From Podarcis liolepis (lineage: Eukaryota), in assembly GCA_965112155.1 (NCBI GenBank), contig OZ218109.1: a stretch of 64,000 nucleotides of DNA; one strand, 5' to 3'. The position numbers and the translations under genes were made by a program. Under the pieces are notes generated by a model. That model was not told where the DNA came from. It did no database searches and saw only the letters and a program-made list of their open reading frames with translations. Of this stretch, positions 24,242 through 39,200 are shown piece by piece. Every line of letters starts with the position of its first letter. Position 1 is the stretch's first letter.

Positions 24242-26418
24242 TAAAGGTATGTGAATCACACAAAAGCTGTTTGAAAATGTAGGTTGCAGGGTTTTAACTA
24301 GAGCACACCTACATTTTCTCCTTATTTAAGCTTGTGTAATTTAAAATGTTGCACAGTAACACATATTTTTAAACAAATCTAAGCTACGGCAAATTGCAAA
24401 ATACAGTTGCGACTGCATAGAGCAAGAGTCTTCAAATCAAGATGCACAACAGCCCTTTTTCTGAAACAGATGAACCAAGTGGTTGTGGGCTCCTGCTTGT
24501 TTCTGTCATTCACGAGTCCTACCAGAAAGGCAGCACCCTTTACTAGCAGCGATTCAGTAGGCAAAGCAGTTTGCTGGCGGGCTGGTGGTGAGTCGCTTGC
24601 TTTGGCAGGAAGAGATTTCCAACTTTAGCCGAACTGTTTAAATAAGGAAACCATTCCTAAAGCTATTTTTTTCTCTCTTGGTTTTTCTTACAGTACTTCA
24701 TGTGTGGCATTTAGATATCCTCCTAGTAAATAGAACCCATTTCTCATTGCTCCTACAAACTGCCACATTGGGGCCATCTATTTAGTGACTGAAATACTCA
24801 TATGTCTCTGTGTGTCTCTTTATAAGGTGGGAAAGTGATACATTAATGTCGATAAAGTGTATTTCTATCTCACTTTTCTTCCATTAGGGAGTCCAAAGAA
24901 GCAAATATCATTAGCAATAGAAATAACCTAGAGTATATTGTAAAATAAGCATGGCAACAAAGGAGAAGAAGAATCTATTGAAATGTAGGCTGTTGGCTTG
25001 CATGTGAGCACTGTTTCTATGTCACTACAGGCAGCCCCACATTTGTGTGCATTCAAAATGTGTGCGACCGTATATAAGCACATTGTCCTGAACCTGGAAG
25101 TGACCTGGAAATGGCATAAAGACGTCACTGAAACATCACTAAAAGGGCAGAATGGGCTGTTTGCAGGCTCTTTCAGTGGATTTCAATTATTCACATCATT
25201 CACTATTGGGAAATTTTAAAAAAACAGGTAAAACTTTTCCCTCTTTTGACAGAAGTGGATGAGATTTGCAGGCATACTACAATCAATTTTGTACAAATGG
25301 GGTTTTGTTTGTTTGTTTGTTTTCTAAGGAAAAAATGTACAACTTCTACTTTTTTGGTCAGAATTGAACTTAATTTCCAAGGCTGCCTCCTTCAAAGGCA
25401 AATTAAAAAAGGATCTCTGCAGTGTTTTCTCTGCAAGGACAGCTGTCACAGTTTTAGGGTGGGTAAAAAATGAGTTGGTTAATCTCCCATAGTGTTTTGT
25501 AAGCAGACATGAGACATGCCCCTTGTATGAAAAGTTGTCTGCACTTACAGAAGAATCACAATGTGATGTAATAAACACTCCCCATTTCAACAATCCACTG
25601 TCTACAGAACAGCCATAACAACATCAAGTGCTACGTCCCCTTATTTTCAGAACTCAGTAAAATTCATATGTGTACAATCACATAGTTCTGTAATTTGCAC
25701 AGTTCTTCTGCAGGAGGATCACTTTCCTTAGCTAAACCTGCACAGAGTTCTTTTGCTGACCCAACCATTGGTATAGACCAATCTTCTCTTGAAATGCGTT
25801 CCTTTTTTGTGTTTTATGAGACATGTTCTTTGAATATAAATTGCCCTGGGCCTGTTTCTAATTACTGGTTCTCATAAAAGCAGCAACTACAATGGCAATC
25901 ATAAATTCTGATTTTTTTTCTCTCCAGTAGAAAAATCTAGAGACAGGTGAAGGTGCAGCCATTTGGAGAGCCCTGAGACTCCTCCATCCTCAGATGACTA
26001 ATGAATATATAAAACCCACTGAAATCAGTAATGTAGCAAGGCACACAAACTTGTAAGAAGATCCCAACTGCAGTTCCAATCTGGATCCGATTTGCAGCTT
26101 TATTCGTTAGTAGAATTTGCTTTTCATTTAATTGAGCCCATGCGAAAGGCATTGCATGGCATTACAATACTCTCCCTTTTTTTCCTGGGGGTACTCAAGG
26201 GCACGCAGTACCGACACCTTTCCCCCCGAGATGAAAAGCACTGCTTAAGAATGTGGCACTTACTGTAAAAACTTCATAGTGAATACTGGCACCTTTTTTT
26301 TCTAGAATAAAAGCACTGCGCTTCGGTGTTGCTGTCTTGCAATACGTGGGTTCACATCTCATGTTCCGAAGATTCCCTAATCTGCATTTTTACTTTATTG
26401 GAAACTCTGCTCACAGGG

Positions 26419-26518
26419 CAGGTAATGGTAAAGGACCCCTGGATGGTTAAGTCCAGTCAAAGGCGATTATGGGGTTGTGGCGCTCACCTCGCTTTCAGGC
26501 CAAGGGAGCCGGCGTTTG
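26419..26518 (-). mobile_element. Sauria SINE 3' fragment
   Basis: ggtaatggtaaaggacccctggatggttaagtccagtcaaaggcg matches the 3' end of the 18254 copy. Confidence 0.8.
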
Positions 26519-27503
26519 GACTCAGGCTATGGAAAATAGGCATCATTTTGCAAATAAATTATGAAATTGCTCATCCTCGTGGTTTATCCACATAAACCTT
26601 TTTAGTACCACTGAAAGAACGAAGGCACCATCTGCCCACTGGTGTCTATACATCAGCCATGAGATGGCAACATTATGTTTGGAAAAAAGAAATGAACAAA
26701 AGCAGCAGCAACCCCATATTAATGATGTATACTATTTCCTTTTAACTAAGGGGAGTGGTAGCATTTATGAAATGGTAAGATACCTCAGTATCTCAAGAAA
26801 GGTACTTCTATTGCTGTTTTGGTAATATGTGCCATTACCTACATTGATTTAATTAAGATATCAAGTTGTTGGTTAAACAGCTGGCGTTTAAGCAACAAAA
26901 AAGTCTTTTTAGCAGTTGACGACCCTCATGGGCAGGAACTTACACCTTTTGGTAATCAATTTGGCATGCATTGAAAGGTTTGGTTGATAAACACAAGAAC
27001 AAAACATCTAGATGGACTGTTGAAAAATATCAGCCCATCAACTTCCTAGTGTGTTACATGTGTCCGAAGGGATCTGAAGGGATTATGCCAGCAGCAGTGA
27101 ATACTATTTGCCAGTGAATGATGAAACGGTTTTATTGTTTATATTTCAATGTTATCATCTTTATGGGCGACTGTCTGACTGCCACACACACAGCAGCTAC
27201 ACCTTCTTCTTCTTTAAAAAAGCCCCTCCTTCAAGAAGGTGTCTAAGGGCGAGAGTCTGTTGTGGGTAGCTGAAATTTCATGTTTATAGTTCAGAATGCT
27301 AGCCAAAATTCTTGCTATCGGGTCTCCAGCTGAGCAAAGTACATATTTAGAAATTACAGCATTGTGATTGGCTGTCTGCAGCCTTAGAAAGTGCCCGAGA
27401 GCTAGTGGTCCATTAAAACTGGGCTGGAGCTCAATATCCAGAGTTATGCTGCGCCTGTTTTTGAAGTATGTGTGTGAATCTGGGCCTATGCTGCAATATG
27501 TTT

Positions 27504-27760
27504 TCATAGAATCATAGAGTTGGAAGGAATCCTGAGGAATCTCAACTAAGGTATCCATGACTGATGACCATCCAACCTCTGCTTAAAAACCTCCAAGGAA
27601 GGAGAGTCCACCACCTCCCAAGGGAGCCTACTCCACAGCTCTTACTGGAGTTCTTCCTGGTGTTTAGTAAGAATCTCCTTCCTTGTAACTTGAATCCATT
27701 GGTTTGGGTCCTAGCCTCTGGAGCAGGAGAAAACAAGCTTCCTCCATCTTCACTGTGGCA
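27504..27760 (-). mobile_element. CR1 LINE 3' fragment
   Basis: Peptide EARTQTNGFKLQGRRFLLNTRKN (CR1 ORF2 C-terminus) and catagaat tail. Confidence 0.85.
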
Positions 27761-30107
27761 GTTTTTGGTGTAAAACTACTCAAAAAGGAAGTGCCCAAAC
27801 CCTTGAGCAGCTTGCCTCCATTTTCAGATGCACATATACACAGTAAGCCTCAGACCACAGTTGCCTCCATGTTATAACCCTTTAGCGCTGCTGAGGTGTT
27901 CTTTCTACACAATTGTCTGGAAGCAAAAATTAATAGGAAGCACATATTATCACTGCTTCTAGTTGCCAGTGCAGATAGTGTGTCCTGTCAGCATTTTATC
28001 CAAAATAATAATAATAATAATTTTTTATTTATACCCCGCCCATCTGGCTGAGTTTCCCCAGCCACTCTAGGACCAATAGGAATATGGCAGTCTTTTTGGG
28101 ATAACCCTGAAGGTTGCAGGTTTCTTTTTTAAACACAGCCCATTAAAAAATCCCTGACGTGGCAAAACAACAACAAAATGAAGAAAATCCAGGCCAGGGA
28201 AAGTGAGCATGCTCAGTAGCCAAAGAGTGTAGTGTGACAGAAAAGAAAAACAGGGCTCTTTCCTTCCATGTGCCTTGAATGCAAATATAGCAAGTCCCCC
28301 TAGGAATAACAGGACTTTAATGATGCTCTGATACTCGTGTGTGTGCGTGCGTGCATGTGTGTGTAGAATGGCCATTCCACTACAGCCCTTGGACCTCCTT
28401 ACGAAGGAATCCATAGGACTGTGGATTCCGAAGTGGACCCATGATTCAATCTGGATCATGATCTGCCTAGGTTGAATTAGGTGATTTTGCTTAGGAATCC
28501 AAGTTTGGCAGATTCCCCCACCAGCACTCGGTAGCCAATGTGGTGCCCTCTAGATATTGCTGGGACTACATCTCCCATCATTTTTAACCATTGCCCAAGC
28601 TCTCTGGGGCTGATGGGAGTTGAGAGTCCAACAATTGGTGGCGGTGTGGTGGTTACCCCTGTTCTAATTGAATGTATACATTTTTAAAAAAACAAACTCT
28701 ATATAACATAATGATTTACTAACCTCCACTTTGGCACACCTGAGAGTTAGTTAATTCCTTAAGCCATCCTGCTGGTTCAAGCCAGCTCTGTATCAGTGGG
28801 GCTTGTTTTGGTAGGACACTTCCAAGAACAAAGTTATTGGTTCACCTTAAGCAGATTACAATGCTCATAGTTCTCAAGTGTCCCTTGCTTGAGAGGGATA
28901 CCCACACTTAGCAGAATCTCACCTGCTCGCCAATTGTTCAGAGGTTAAGGTATGAGCAGGTGGGACCTTGCAAAGCTCACTGAAGAAGGTGGGGCAGATT
29001 TTTTAAAAAACAATAATAATAAAGCAAGACAAATGTGGGATGTACCCCACAGCAAGGGGCATTTAAGAGGTTTAAATATACCGGCCTCAGTACTTTGAAG
29101 ACAACCGCTTATGCTCCTTTCTAAAGCCCCAAATAAAGCTAAGCTTTATTCCCTTTAGAGGCTTCATCGAGCCAGTGAAATGTATCGCATGCAATAAGGA
29201 AATGATTTCTAGCCTTACAAAGGGATGTTATGTCCCTGAGTAGAAAAGAATGGAAACTGGCGGCTGCGCTTTGTTGGCTAGCGAAAGAGCAGCGCTGGCC
29301 AATGGGCAACGACACTCCCCTGGGGGAAGGAGGATTCCAACAAATTGTTATAAGGAGAATACAACACCAAATGCAAGTAAAAACAAGATTCTAGAAATGT
29401 TCTGGAAGGGGAAAGCAAGTTTGAAATGATTGCTAGCATCAGCAGCAAGAGAGTCGGTTCCAACGCCTGATCTGGATTTCCTTGGAGCCGAGATGAAAGC
29501 CATTGTTTGTAGAAGCCTACTCAGAGCAGATTTAGATTTTTCTCCTTCCTTTTGTTTTATAATTCTGCCAAGAATCGATGGGACGAATATCAAAGATTAA
29601 GTATGTAGTTGTCAGTGACTCCGGGGAACATATTTTAGTTGAAATGGTATTCCTAATAATAGGGCTAATGGGGGGGGGAGGCAAGGTGGGTGTCAGTGCT
29701 TGGTTTTAAAAAACCCCAGTAGTGCTTTGTTTGTTCCGAAACACAGTGTAGCTGACTACATTTTAAACTTGGTCTAAGCATAGATAAAGGACTTGGATCA
29801 TTCTTACCATCAGTCTCTCATCTAGCATTCTTATGGTGTAATTTAATCCCCTGCAAGTGGTGTATGAGAAAGCTTTGATTTCTGAATTATTTTTCTCACA
29901 AATGCTTTGTCTGCATTCCTGTGCAGATGATCAATCAGGCTCCATTGGACAATGCCAAGCAGAATGTTCCGTGTACGTGTGTGTGTGTGTGCATGTGTGT
30001 ATATTGGAGGGTGCAGATGTGCTTGTATGTGTCACAAGCGCAAGCTGGAAGCAGAAGCTGATGCGCCACAGCACTGGAAAGGTGGGTTACTGCTGCCTTT
30101 GGAAGTA

Positions 30108-30348
30108 CAGTGGTACCTTGAGTTATGGATGCTTCAGGTTACATACGCTTCAGGTTACAGACTCCGCTAACCCAGAAATACACCTCAGGTTAAGAACTTT
30201 GCTTCAGGATGAGAACAGAAATCGCGTGGCGGCGGCGCAGCGGCAGTGGGAGGCACCATTAGCTAAAGTGGTACCTCAGGTTAAGAACAGTTTCAGGTTA
30301 AGAACGGACCTCCAGAACGAATTAAGTTCTTAACCCGAGGTACCACTG
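30108..30348. mobile_element. Tigger-like MITE family A
   Basis: TA-CAGTGGTACC...GGTACCACTG-TA with an extra gcttcaggtta subrepeat. Confidence 0.9.
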
Positions 30349-30730
30349 TATAACTAGGAAGAATGCTTATAATTGAAATAGAGATCTCGCCATAGCAGGG
30401 AAGGCTGTGACCAGGTGACTTGTGTACCTGCCCAGTCTGCTATCCAACTGCTTGATGGGCAATTTCATGGCCCTTCCTGCTCTCCCTTCTTAGAGGTCTC
30501 TAACATTATACTGGACATCAAGAGCTATCTCTGAAGTAGGACACATGGTTGCCTTAACTGGTTTTTGTGTGTGTGTGTGAACTCTCGTTACCTGTACATT
30601 TTGCCGTGCAGGACAAAAGATTTGCTCTGGGAAGGGCAAATGTGACTGGGAAAATGAAGGGGAAAAGATTATTATCTCCACCCACCCCGTTCTACAGTCT
30701 CAATCTCAATCGACAGTTCTACAGTCTCAA

Positions 30731-30927
30731 TCGACAGTAAGAGCTGTTCGACAGTGGAATTTGCTGCCAAGGAGTGTGGTGGAGTCTCCTTCTTTGGAGG
30801 TCTTTAAGCAGAGGCTTGACAACCAGATGTCAGGAGTGCTCTGGTGGTGTTTCCTGCTTGGCAGGGGGTTGGACTCGATGGCCCTTGTGGTCTATTCCAA
30901 CTCTATGATTCTATGATTCTATGATTC
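30731..30927 (+). mobile_element. CR1 LINE 3' fragment
   Basis: gtggtggagtctccttctttggaggtctttaagcagagg ... (ATTCTATG)n tail. Confidence 0.85.
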
Positions 30928-33062
30928 AATCTGAACCAAGCTGGGGGAGATGGGAAGCTACTATTGTCACGTTTAGCTGCATATGAGAATAACACTTTTT
31001 AGCTCCAGTGACCCCTTCCCCAAATATGGGACATCCATGCAGTCCCTCTTTTCAGAATATTTCTGGAGCTAACAAACTGTGGAGGAAGGAGGATGGCTTG
31101 TTTGTTTTTTCCTGCATATCAAACCTTCCCTGCTACTCTTTAAAAAATTACCGCTGGGCTTCTCTTTGTAAACACCCCTCCTTCCTGACCCCCCCCCACT
31201 AATGAACTTGAAACACAGTAGCATCTGTTTATCATCTTGTCATTTAGGTTGTGAGTGGGATTCCAAAATTAATCATGGGAGTGTTACAGAGGTAATGTCA
31301 CTATTTTTAAAGCGGGTCCAATACCGTGATTACAGATGAACTAAAACACCATAAAAGTTGATGAACTGGCAGCTTACTGGCATTTTTCTCTAGCTAAGCA
31401 GAATCTTGTGACCTGCTTTGTGCTGGAGCAAGAGGGAAATAATTGCTGACTTTTAAAACTTCAAAGAAGGGACAACGATGATTGTCTCAGGTGCAATCTG
31501 AAATCTGCTTTGTACAATTTAACCTAATTGAGACTTCAGTCCTAAACACACTTACCTGGGAGTATCTCTCATCGAACATCTGAGATGGCATGTAGAAGAC
31601 TGCACTGTAAGTCTGCAAAATAACTAATGCACATCATCTTAAGACTGTTACGGACTGCAGACTTGGGGAATTTCCTATCATCCCATCCATTTCACTCCCT
31701 CTCCTTTGTTGGAGTTTTTTTTTGGTTAACATCTAGCCAAAAGAACGGTTCTATGGAGCTTGGCAATTTGCTCCCCCTTTTTTGGGTGGTCTTTAGAATA
31801 AATATTAACTCATCACTACTTTTGGATTTTTTTCTCAGTGAACCAACATTGCCACAATTGTTGTGAATCCTTAGTTATCCACCCAATTTGTTAAACCTGG
31901 CTGTAATAAGAAGCAGCTCTGGGTAAAACAACCATGACAACTGGTCTGATTCCCTCCTCCCAATCTAAAAAATATTTTTATAAGTCCGGTTAACATTATT
32001 TCCCCCCCCCCTTTCCCTCTTTCTTTTGTTTATACACTTGGATAAGGCTAAAATAATCCCCCAAACCCACTATTATTTCAGTCTTGGACGAAACCTAAAA
32101 GTTCCGGAAATTTGACAAAAAATAATATTTTTTTCTCAACATCATTTGCAGAACATAGATTGGCATAAAGTCTTTTGAAGTTCTGGAGAAAACATTTGAA
32201 CTCTGGGATGCTCACCAAAACCAAATGTTTTTAGAAAACTGAATTCAAATGAAATGAATACTGGTGAACGATGACACATTTATGACAGTCTTGGCAACTG
32301 CTAAGATGTCTGGTTTTTTCCTCTACCAAAAAATAAGAGTAATAGTGATAATCTGCAATCAGGGAAACGTTACTTTGGAATAAGAAATGGATCAGCACTC
32401 TGGATGGCCCAGTCAGTAACAAAAAAAGCACTGCTTATTTGTAATCCTTTTATCCTCCTGCTACTGTGTAAAGCCTTCTCCTTTCTATGTCAGTCTTCCT
32501 TACTCTGCTCTTCCTCTTTCCCACTTGTTTGTTTCTTCATTTGATTCGGGCCAGAACCCAAAGACCCTTGAAACAAGATCCATGAATCCAAGGGGTGGAG
32601 TTAGACCCAAATGGCAACCTCCATCACCCACAAAATGAAAAATGGTGCACTGATCATTGTTTCAAAAGCAATTTGCAAGTGGTGTTGGGGTGTGCAATTC
32701 AGCAGTTCAAAGGGATGGGTCTTTATTTTTATTTTAATCCCTGGGCTCTTGCACAAGCAACTCTTTGGGTCCTTGCCCTAGTTGGGAATGTAGGAATGTG
32801 TGATTTGCCTTGGCCCATTTTGTGCTGCCTCCTTTCTTTCATCTGTGGCCAGGGGCTTGACAGCTCAGGGAGAGTCACCAATGGGTATGGAAGCAATATC
32901 CATTTTCAGTTGTTACTTTGCAGCTTGTAATACTATACTGCCTCTAAGAGCAGACCCAGTATTTAAATGAGTTGCCATCACATCAAGTTGCTGTGAGTTC
33001 CACAGGTTGTTTATGCATTGTGCAAAAAGGGCTTTCTTTACTAGTATGCTATTCCTCTAGCC

Positions 33063-33198
33063 CAGGCATAGGCAAACTCGGCCCTCCAGATGTTTTGGCA
33101 CTACAATTCCCATCATCCCTGACCACTGGTCCTGTTAGCTAGGGATGATGGGAGTTGTAGTCCCAAAACATCTGGAGGGCTGAGTTTGCCTATGCCTG
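33063..33198. mobile_element. Palindromic hAT MITE (136 bp)
   Basis: Long TIR beginning CAGGCATAGGCAAACT; perfect 8-bp TSD CTCTAGCC. Confidence 0.93.
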
Positions 33199-34885
33199 CT
33201 CTAGCCTTTCCTAGTAGATCCAATGTAGCCACCGATCTGTTGGATTTTCACTGCCAATCATCTCTTTCCTCTCATCTGCTCCTTTCTTGCTGGTTGTCCA
33301 AATGGTACCCTAGAACCCAGTTCAGTTGTATAATGTGGAACAGTCTCTGGTCTGCTGGGGAGAAGCAGCTTCCAAATTGTTTCCAGTGGGCAATTCAGCC
33401 TTGCAGACCCCTCCTCCTTTGTTCTTTCGGCTGTAGCCAGTAACAAATGCGCTGATTAGCATAACATTTCATCCACTCGCCCATTTCATCCACCAAAGGC
33501 CACCAGCATGTTGGCCGAAAATAGATCCCAGATTGAATTAATAACCACTGTTTGTTTGTTTGTTGTGGCAATGGCAAAAAACAGAGTGGGGGAAATATCC
33601 AAAGACGTCCAAAATTAATTCAGAGAAAACTTGATCATTCCTTTCCCTATCCCACTTCCATCCATGTGCATGGCAACAGGACTAGAAAATCTGTTTTCAT
33701 TTTAGCTATCAATTTAGCAGTAAATCGAATTAAATGCCAAAATGTTTGAAAACCGAGTTGTATTTCATTCCAGCTGAATCACTGATTTGAGTGGGGGGAG
33801 GATGTCTTAAATGCTCAGCATTTTTATGATTAAAACACCCCAATAGTCTCTCTTTTAAAATGAAACATGCTTGGAAGAGACTTGCTGTTGTTAAGTATTA
33901 ATCAAATCTTTACCCAGTTACGACTGAAGGGATTGTGTTAGGTAGACATGTCAGAGAGTGGATAATGGAGGTTGCATGGATACTGCCATTCTAGAGGCTA
34001 GTCACTAGGTGGCACTAGACTTAGTTTTAGCTAGGTGGAGTCTTACTGTTACTGTTCTTGTTGGAGAGAGATAATAAAGTTATTGTCAAGTTTCCTTACT
34101 GATGTGTCCTCAAAGTCTTCTGTGACAGAGATGGGAAGGAGAAGGGAGATGAGTTTTGAAATTTGTTTAGCCTAGGGCATTTGCACTCATATAGTCATAC
34201 TGAAACCTCCCTTTCAGTACTGTATACCATTAGTCTTCAACAGGTGGGTTGGTACCTGCTTTTGGTTCATAACCTGCCTTAAGCATTCAGATATATGGTG
34301 AAAAAGACATAATATTTGAGTTTAAGGTTAGTTCCAGCTCTGAAAAATGATCACAGAGAAGGAATTGTCCTTGTGGTCTTCTGATTTCTCATTGATTGCT
34401 ACTTTTTCATAGTTTAGCTTTGTCAATGGCTTGTGTCTACCTTAAATAACTGGGATATAGACAGATTGAATCACACAGGGTATAAAAAATGGCATTGCCT
34501 ATCTGTGTGAGCGATCAACAGTGAATCCACAGTGATATCCACATTGTAATCCAAGCTTCTAAGAAAGGCTTATACTGTATATAATTTTGTGAATTGTGCT
34601 AGTTATCAAAACTGCTGAAATCTGATCCTTCTCATCACATTTGGGTCACGTGTTATGATTCTGATAATTCAAATTGCTGATCAAAACACTGTGCTGACAG
34701 ATGTGCTGAAATCTGCCATTATTTTTCGTAGATTTTCCCAGTGTGCATTCTGAACCATAAAGACAAGAGCAAAGGGCAGCCACAAACAAGAGGGAAGAGT
34801 CTGTTCAGAGGTGACTTGGACCTCTCCTGCCTGTTTCCTGCCTGACTTCCCGAACATTGTGTGGCATAGCAATGTCATTTTTAGA

Positions 34886-35230
34886 ATGGGAGGAATGAAG
34901 GAGAAATTTAATTTGGTTCATATTTAAAGGTGACCTTACCTAATTTGCACTTTTCAAAACAATAAGTGAACTGAAATACAGCCATCCTTCAAAATTCACA
35001 CTTCTCAAAATTTGGCAGTGCAGTTCTCCAGCCATGTAATGGGTACAAGAATGCAAATACTAGGGTAAGGTGTGCATAAATGAGTGTAAGTAACACACAA
35101 ACATGTATTGTGGGGAAATTGCTTTGCAAAAACATGTATATAGGTAGGCAAAATTGCATGCCAATTTGTGTATACCAGGAGAAATTCACACTACAATGCT
35201 GAAGAATTTTCATGATGACTTCTTTTAAAA
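34886..35230. mobile_element. hAT-like (TAGGGATG-ended) non-autonomous element, partial
   Basis: Homologous to 55887-56300, ~43388-43585 and ~23450-23535 (cagccatccttcaaaattcacactt core). Confidence 0.65.
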
Positions 35231-36063
35231 TTGCCTACACAACAGGTTCTTAAACTGCCAAAATGTTTTATTTAGCCCCTTGTGTTTAGGAATTAAGAAA
35301 CCCTTTCCTTGGGAAAAACTTGCACTTCTTAGCACCAACTTGCTGAGGGTATTAACCCCTTACCTCTGCTGTGGTTCCAGTCTTGATTGGGAAGGTGAGA
35401 GTTTGCATAAGGAAAATAAGTTCCTATAGAAGTGAACAGGAATTTGCCTTCAATGCGAATTGCAGGTGCAAGCCTCACAATCTAGATTGGGTCCTCAGTG
35501 GAAAATTAAGGATATGCCGTACGCCGATAGTCCAGTCTGAATTGGGCTTTTTGTGCATGCACAGACACAATTCTGCAGATTCAGACACAGCTACATAGCT
35601 AATGTAATATGTAATACAGCCCTGAGGGAAGGGTAAGACGATGTACTACATGCAAGTGCCCAAAAAGCACATATATCCTTTTGCGTTAAAAGGGGAGGAT
35701 ATCTTTGGCCCATCTCGTTAATGTCGTTATCAGTATTATAAGAGCTATTTTTCCCTACGAACACTTCCCTTGTTCTCTTAGAATGGCAACGGTGCCCACC
35801 GGGGAATTCTGACTGAAATAAAGCCCTGATTATAAAGTATAAAAAGGTACCCAGAGCCAGTGCTCTTAGAATACAGCCTGAATTCTGCCGTTCAGATTAG
35901 AATCCTGCTGAGAATCTTGCCCTCCCTGCCCTGGCCTTTTGAAATAATGCCCTTGGATGACGAACAGCTGACACTGCTGCTTATGTCAGTGCTTGGACTG
36001 AGGTTGTGTTACTGTGCTGAGAAAACATCGCCTCCTCAGACCAGTGCTGGGACATTTATATGT

Positions 36064-36240
36064 GAACATAGGAAGCTGCCTCATACTGAGTCAGATCATG
36101 GCTCCGTCTCCCTCAGTGCTGACTACACTGATCGGCAGCAGTGGCCCAGGGTCTCCCACAGCCCTACCTGGGGATTCTGAGTTTTGATCCTGCAACCTTC
36201 TGCATGCAAAGTGGATGCTCTGGCCCTGAGCTGTGGCCCT
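36064..36240 (-). mobile_element. tRNA-derived SINE (Squam2/Anolis-SINE2-like)
   Basis: Reverse complement has gctcag...ctttgcatgcagaagg head and aggcagcttcctatgttc end. Further copies at ~51386-51555, 52684-52875, 57660-57750 and 60870-61005. Confidence 0.7.
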
Positions 36241-39200
36241 TCCCCCTGTGCTGGGAGCTGGTAGGATTTGGCCACTGCTTTTACCTCTGCAATCTTGAAA
36301 ACAGGACTGCGTGAGAACCTGAAACTTAAAAAACAAAACCCACTACATGTTCCCTTTGTTTATAAACCAGTGCACATTTTTTATATACAGCCAGGATTAA
36401 GAATCCTTCCCTGATAACACAATGGCTGTCTCTCAATCTGCCCAGTTTTTCCAGTGTCTCTAGGGCACAGAGGTCGGGCTGAAAAATCTTTCCGTGACAT
36501 GATGGCATTACCAGTCTCTCCCCCCCACCATTTCCTAGTGGGAGGAGCGCACTCCTACACAGCACATTTCCTCTGTGTTGTGGTCCTCACGAGGCAGAGA
36601 GCTGCACTTCTAAATGGTTTCTTGTGTAAGCTCTTTCATGCTTCTCGCCTTGGAGCCTTCTTTTAGATTCTGAGCCAAGAGGTCAGGAAATGCTCGGCGC
36701 TACGGCTTCTCTTTCTGTATATGTTTCTATGTGGTTCTCCACAGATCCATGGAACACATTCCCGTCTCTCTCTCTCCCTCTTTCTTTTTCTCCCTTCCTC
36801 ACACTAATTTCTTGGCTCAGAATATTCTTGACTTTCATTGTTTGCATGTGGAAAAATGAAAACTTGATAAACGGGAAGATCTTTCTCTTCACATTTTTAG
36901 TCCTTTTTCCAAAGTATCCCTGCTCTGCGCACTGTCTCTCAATCCAACACTTTAAAAAGGAAAACCAAGGGGGGAAAGCTTCTTCCTGGGTTTACACATA
37001 TACTTTGAAAAATTATTCTGCTGATGGAATCGGCAAGCTTTCATGACTTTTAGGTTTGGCCAAGCTGTTAATGCATTTATTGCTTTTGGCATCAGGTGAC
37101 TGGAATGGTTAGTTGCTTTGAATTCCCTCCCTCCCCATCACTTTCTCTTTCTCCCACTCTCTTTAAAAGATCACTGTTTTTCCTCCCCTTTGCAATTCCC
37201 TTTCCTTGCTAATAGCACAGAGTGACAGCCACTGATTAGAGAAGCTTCAGGAAAGGCCACTAAGAACCTGGCAGTCACAGGCATCACATCAAAACTAAGA
37301 CAGACGAACACTCTCAAGATCCTTTCTCCGGGTGGCGGGCTGTTACCCCTCCCCGCGCTTTCCGGATGAAATTCACCTTTCTTTTCTCACTCCCTGACCT
37401 TGAGATTTCAGTAAAAAGCTTGAGAAATAATTTCCCCACCTTAACATCGCGGTTCAGCTTCTCCCCTACCCACCCCAGTTCAGCTGCAGCTTATTTGATG
37501 AGAATCAATACAATACTGTAGTTCTACAAAAGGGTGTACATCAGGCACAGACACTGTAGAAGTGGTCTTTGGCATCGTCCTCACTGAGGCCATAAATTGG
37601 TGCCTGGGCTGTACCACTTTGGACCACAGCTGGGTTTGGCTCATTGGAGTGACACTAGGCAAAACAAAAACACCCCTCCACATAGAATATTAATGTGGCA
37701 CATACAATGTTATGGCCAAAAGCCTTCTCCCTGAAATCTAGTTTTCTGTGTTGAGGGATTTTGAGAAGCACTCAATCATTAGAGACTCCATCTGCAACCG
37801 TACAACCCAGAACACAGGTTAACTGCCTCTGTGAGAACTAGGCCTCTGAAGGCACAGAGAGACTTGGGTGTTGGGTTATATCCACGCCATATGCTTAAAG
37901 TACTCCTACATACCCTCCAAGTGTACTGATTTTCCAGGGGCGGTCCCGGAATTAGGAAAGCCATCCTGGCTTCTGATTAGAACGTCTGCATTCCCGCCCA
38001 CCAGTGCTGCGGCCGCCACATTCAGGAAGGAGGACAGTGGCAGCTGCAGGTGGTGTGAGAGAGCATCCCGTTGCCTCCCCATCGTCACCACTGCCGGCCT
38101 CCTCCCTTGGGCAGCTCATAGTGGATGCTGGAGAGCAGGTGAGGAGGAGGAGAGGCTGCCACCGCCCAAACCCAGCCCTGCATGATGTGCCGCCTCTGAT
38201 GGGCAGGCAGAGGGCAGGGCTGCCCTGGGCGGGAAGACGGGGGGAGCAGAGCGCAAGGAGTCAGGATTTTTTTTTTTTTAAAAAAAAGTTTTGTGCATCC
38301 ATGTCTAATCTTTTCCTTTTCCAAAATTTATTATTGGTGTGTGTGTGTCCCAAAATAAAATTGGGATTAAGTATGTGCTGTGTCCCATTGGTGAAGCGGT
38401 GATGGTACTTGCCCTTCTGACAGGAAATGCTGTGCTGGGGGCACAAAAAATGGGGGGAGGTCAATGAAGGTTGGGGTGGGTGAGAAATGTCCCTATTTTC
38501 ACCTGAGGAACATTGCTGCTTTAACAGCCATGGCTCCTCCCTGCAAAGAATCCTGGGAACTGTGTTTTGTTAAGGGTGCTGGGAATTGTAGCTCTGTGAG
38601 AGTTAAACTACAGATCCCAGGATTTTGTGGGGGAAGTATAAATGTGCTATGAACGTATGCCGTGGGTGTGACCTTAGAAGTAAATGTGAAATTCAAAGCA
38701 AGTTCTCGTCCCAAGGTTCTTCCTAACTTTGAAGTTAAACTACATACCCTAGAATCAAAATGAAACCCTCCTCCTTTGCTTCCCTGTATCTTCCACTGAG
38801 GTCTCGTTGCAAGGAACACCTTTCAAACTGTGTATCTCCCCTCCCTGTTCCTCCTCAAATGCAAAATCTGTGTTTGGATTTTAGCCACCTGGTTATGCTT
38901 AGTTCCTTATTTAAAAATAGTTCTCCAAAATAGATTCAGACATTACACTGTTAAAAACAATTTTCGCTCTAGGTATTGAATGTCATACTGGGTTTGTAGT
39001 AATAACTGATAGATATCTTGAATAATCTTCAGTTTGGACTGTGACTACAAAGCTCTGTCAATCATTGGGTTTAACCTTAAACACAGATGATTTGAATTCA
39101 CATTAGCAGCATGAGGAAGCCAAGAAAATGGAAGGGTGCTGTTTGCAGAAAAGATGATAGGGTTACCTCTGCTGCTAGCTTTTCCTGCTACTTGCCTGAG

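Noticed and set aside
29857-30333. Longest ORF in the track (158 aa)
   Set aside because: It reads through a GT-rich microsatellite and a MITE, with no recognisable domain or splice context.
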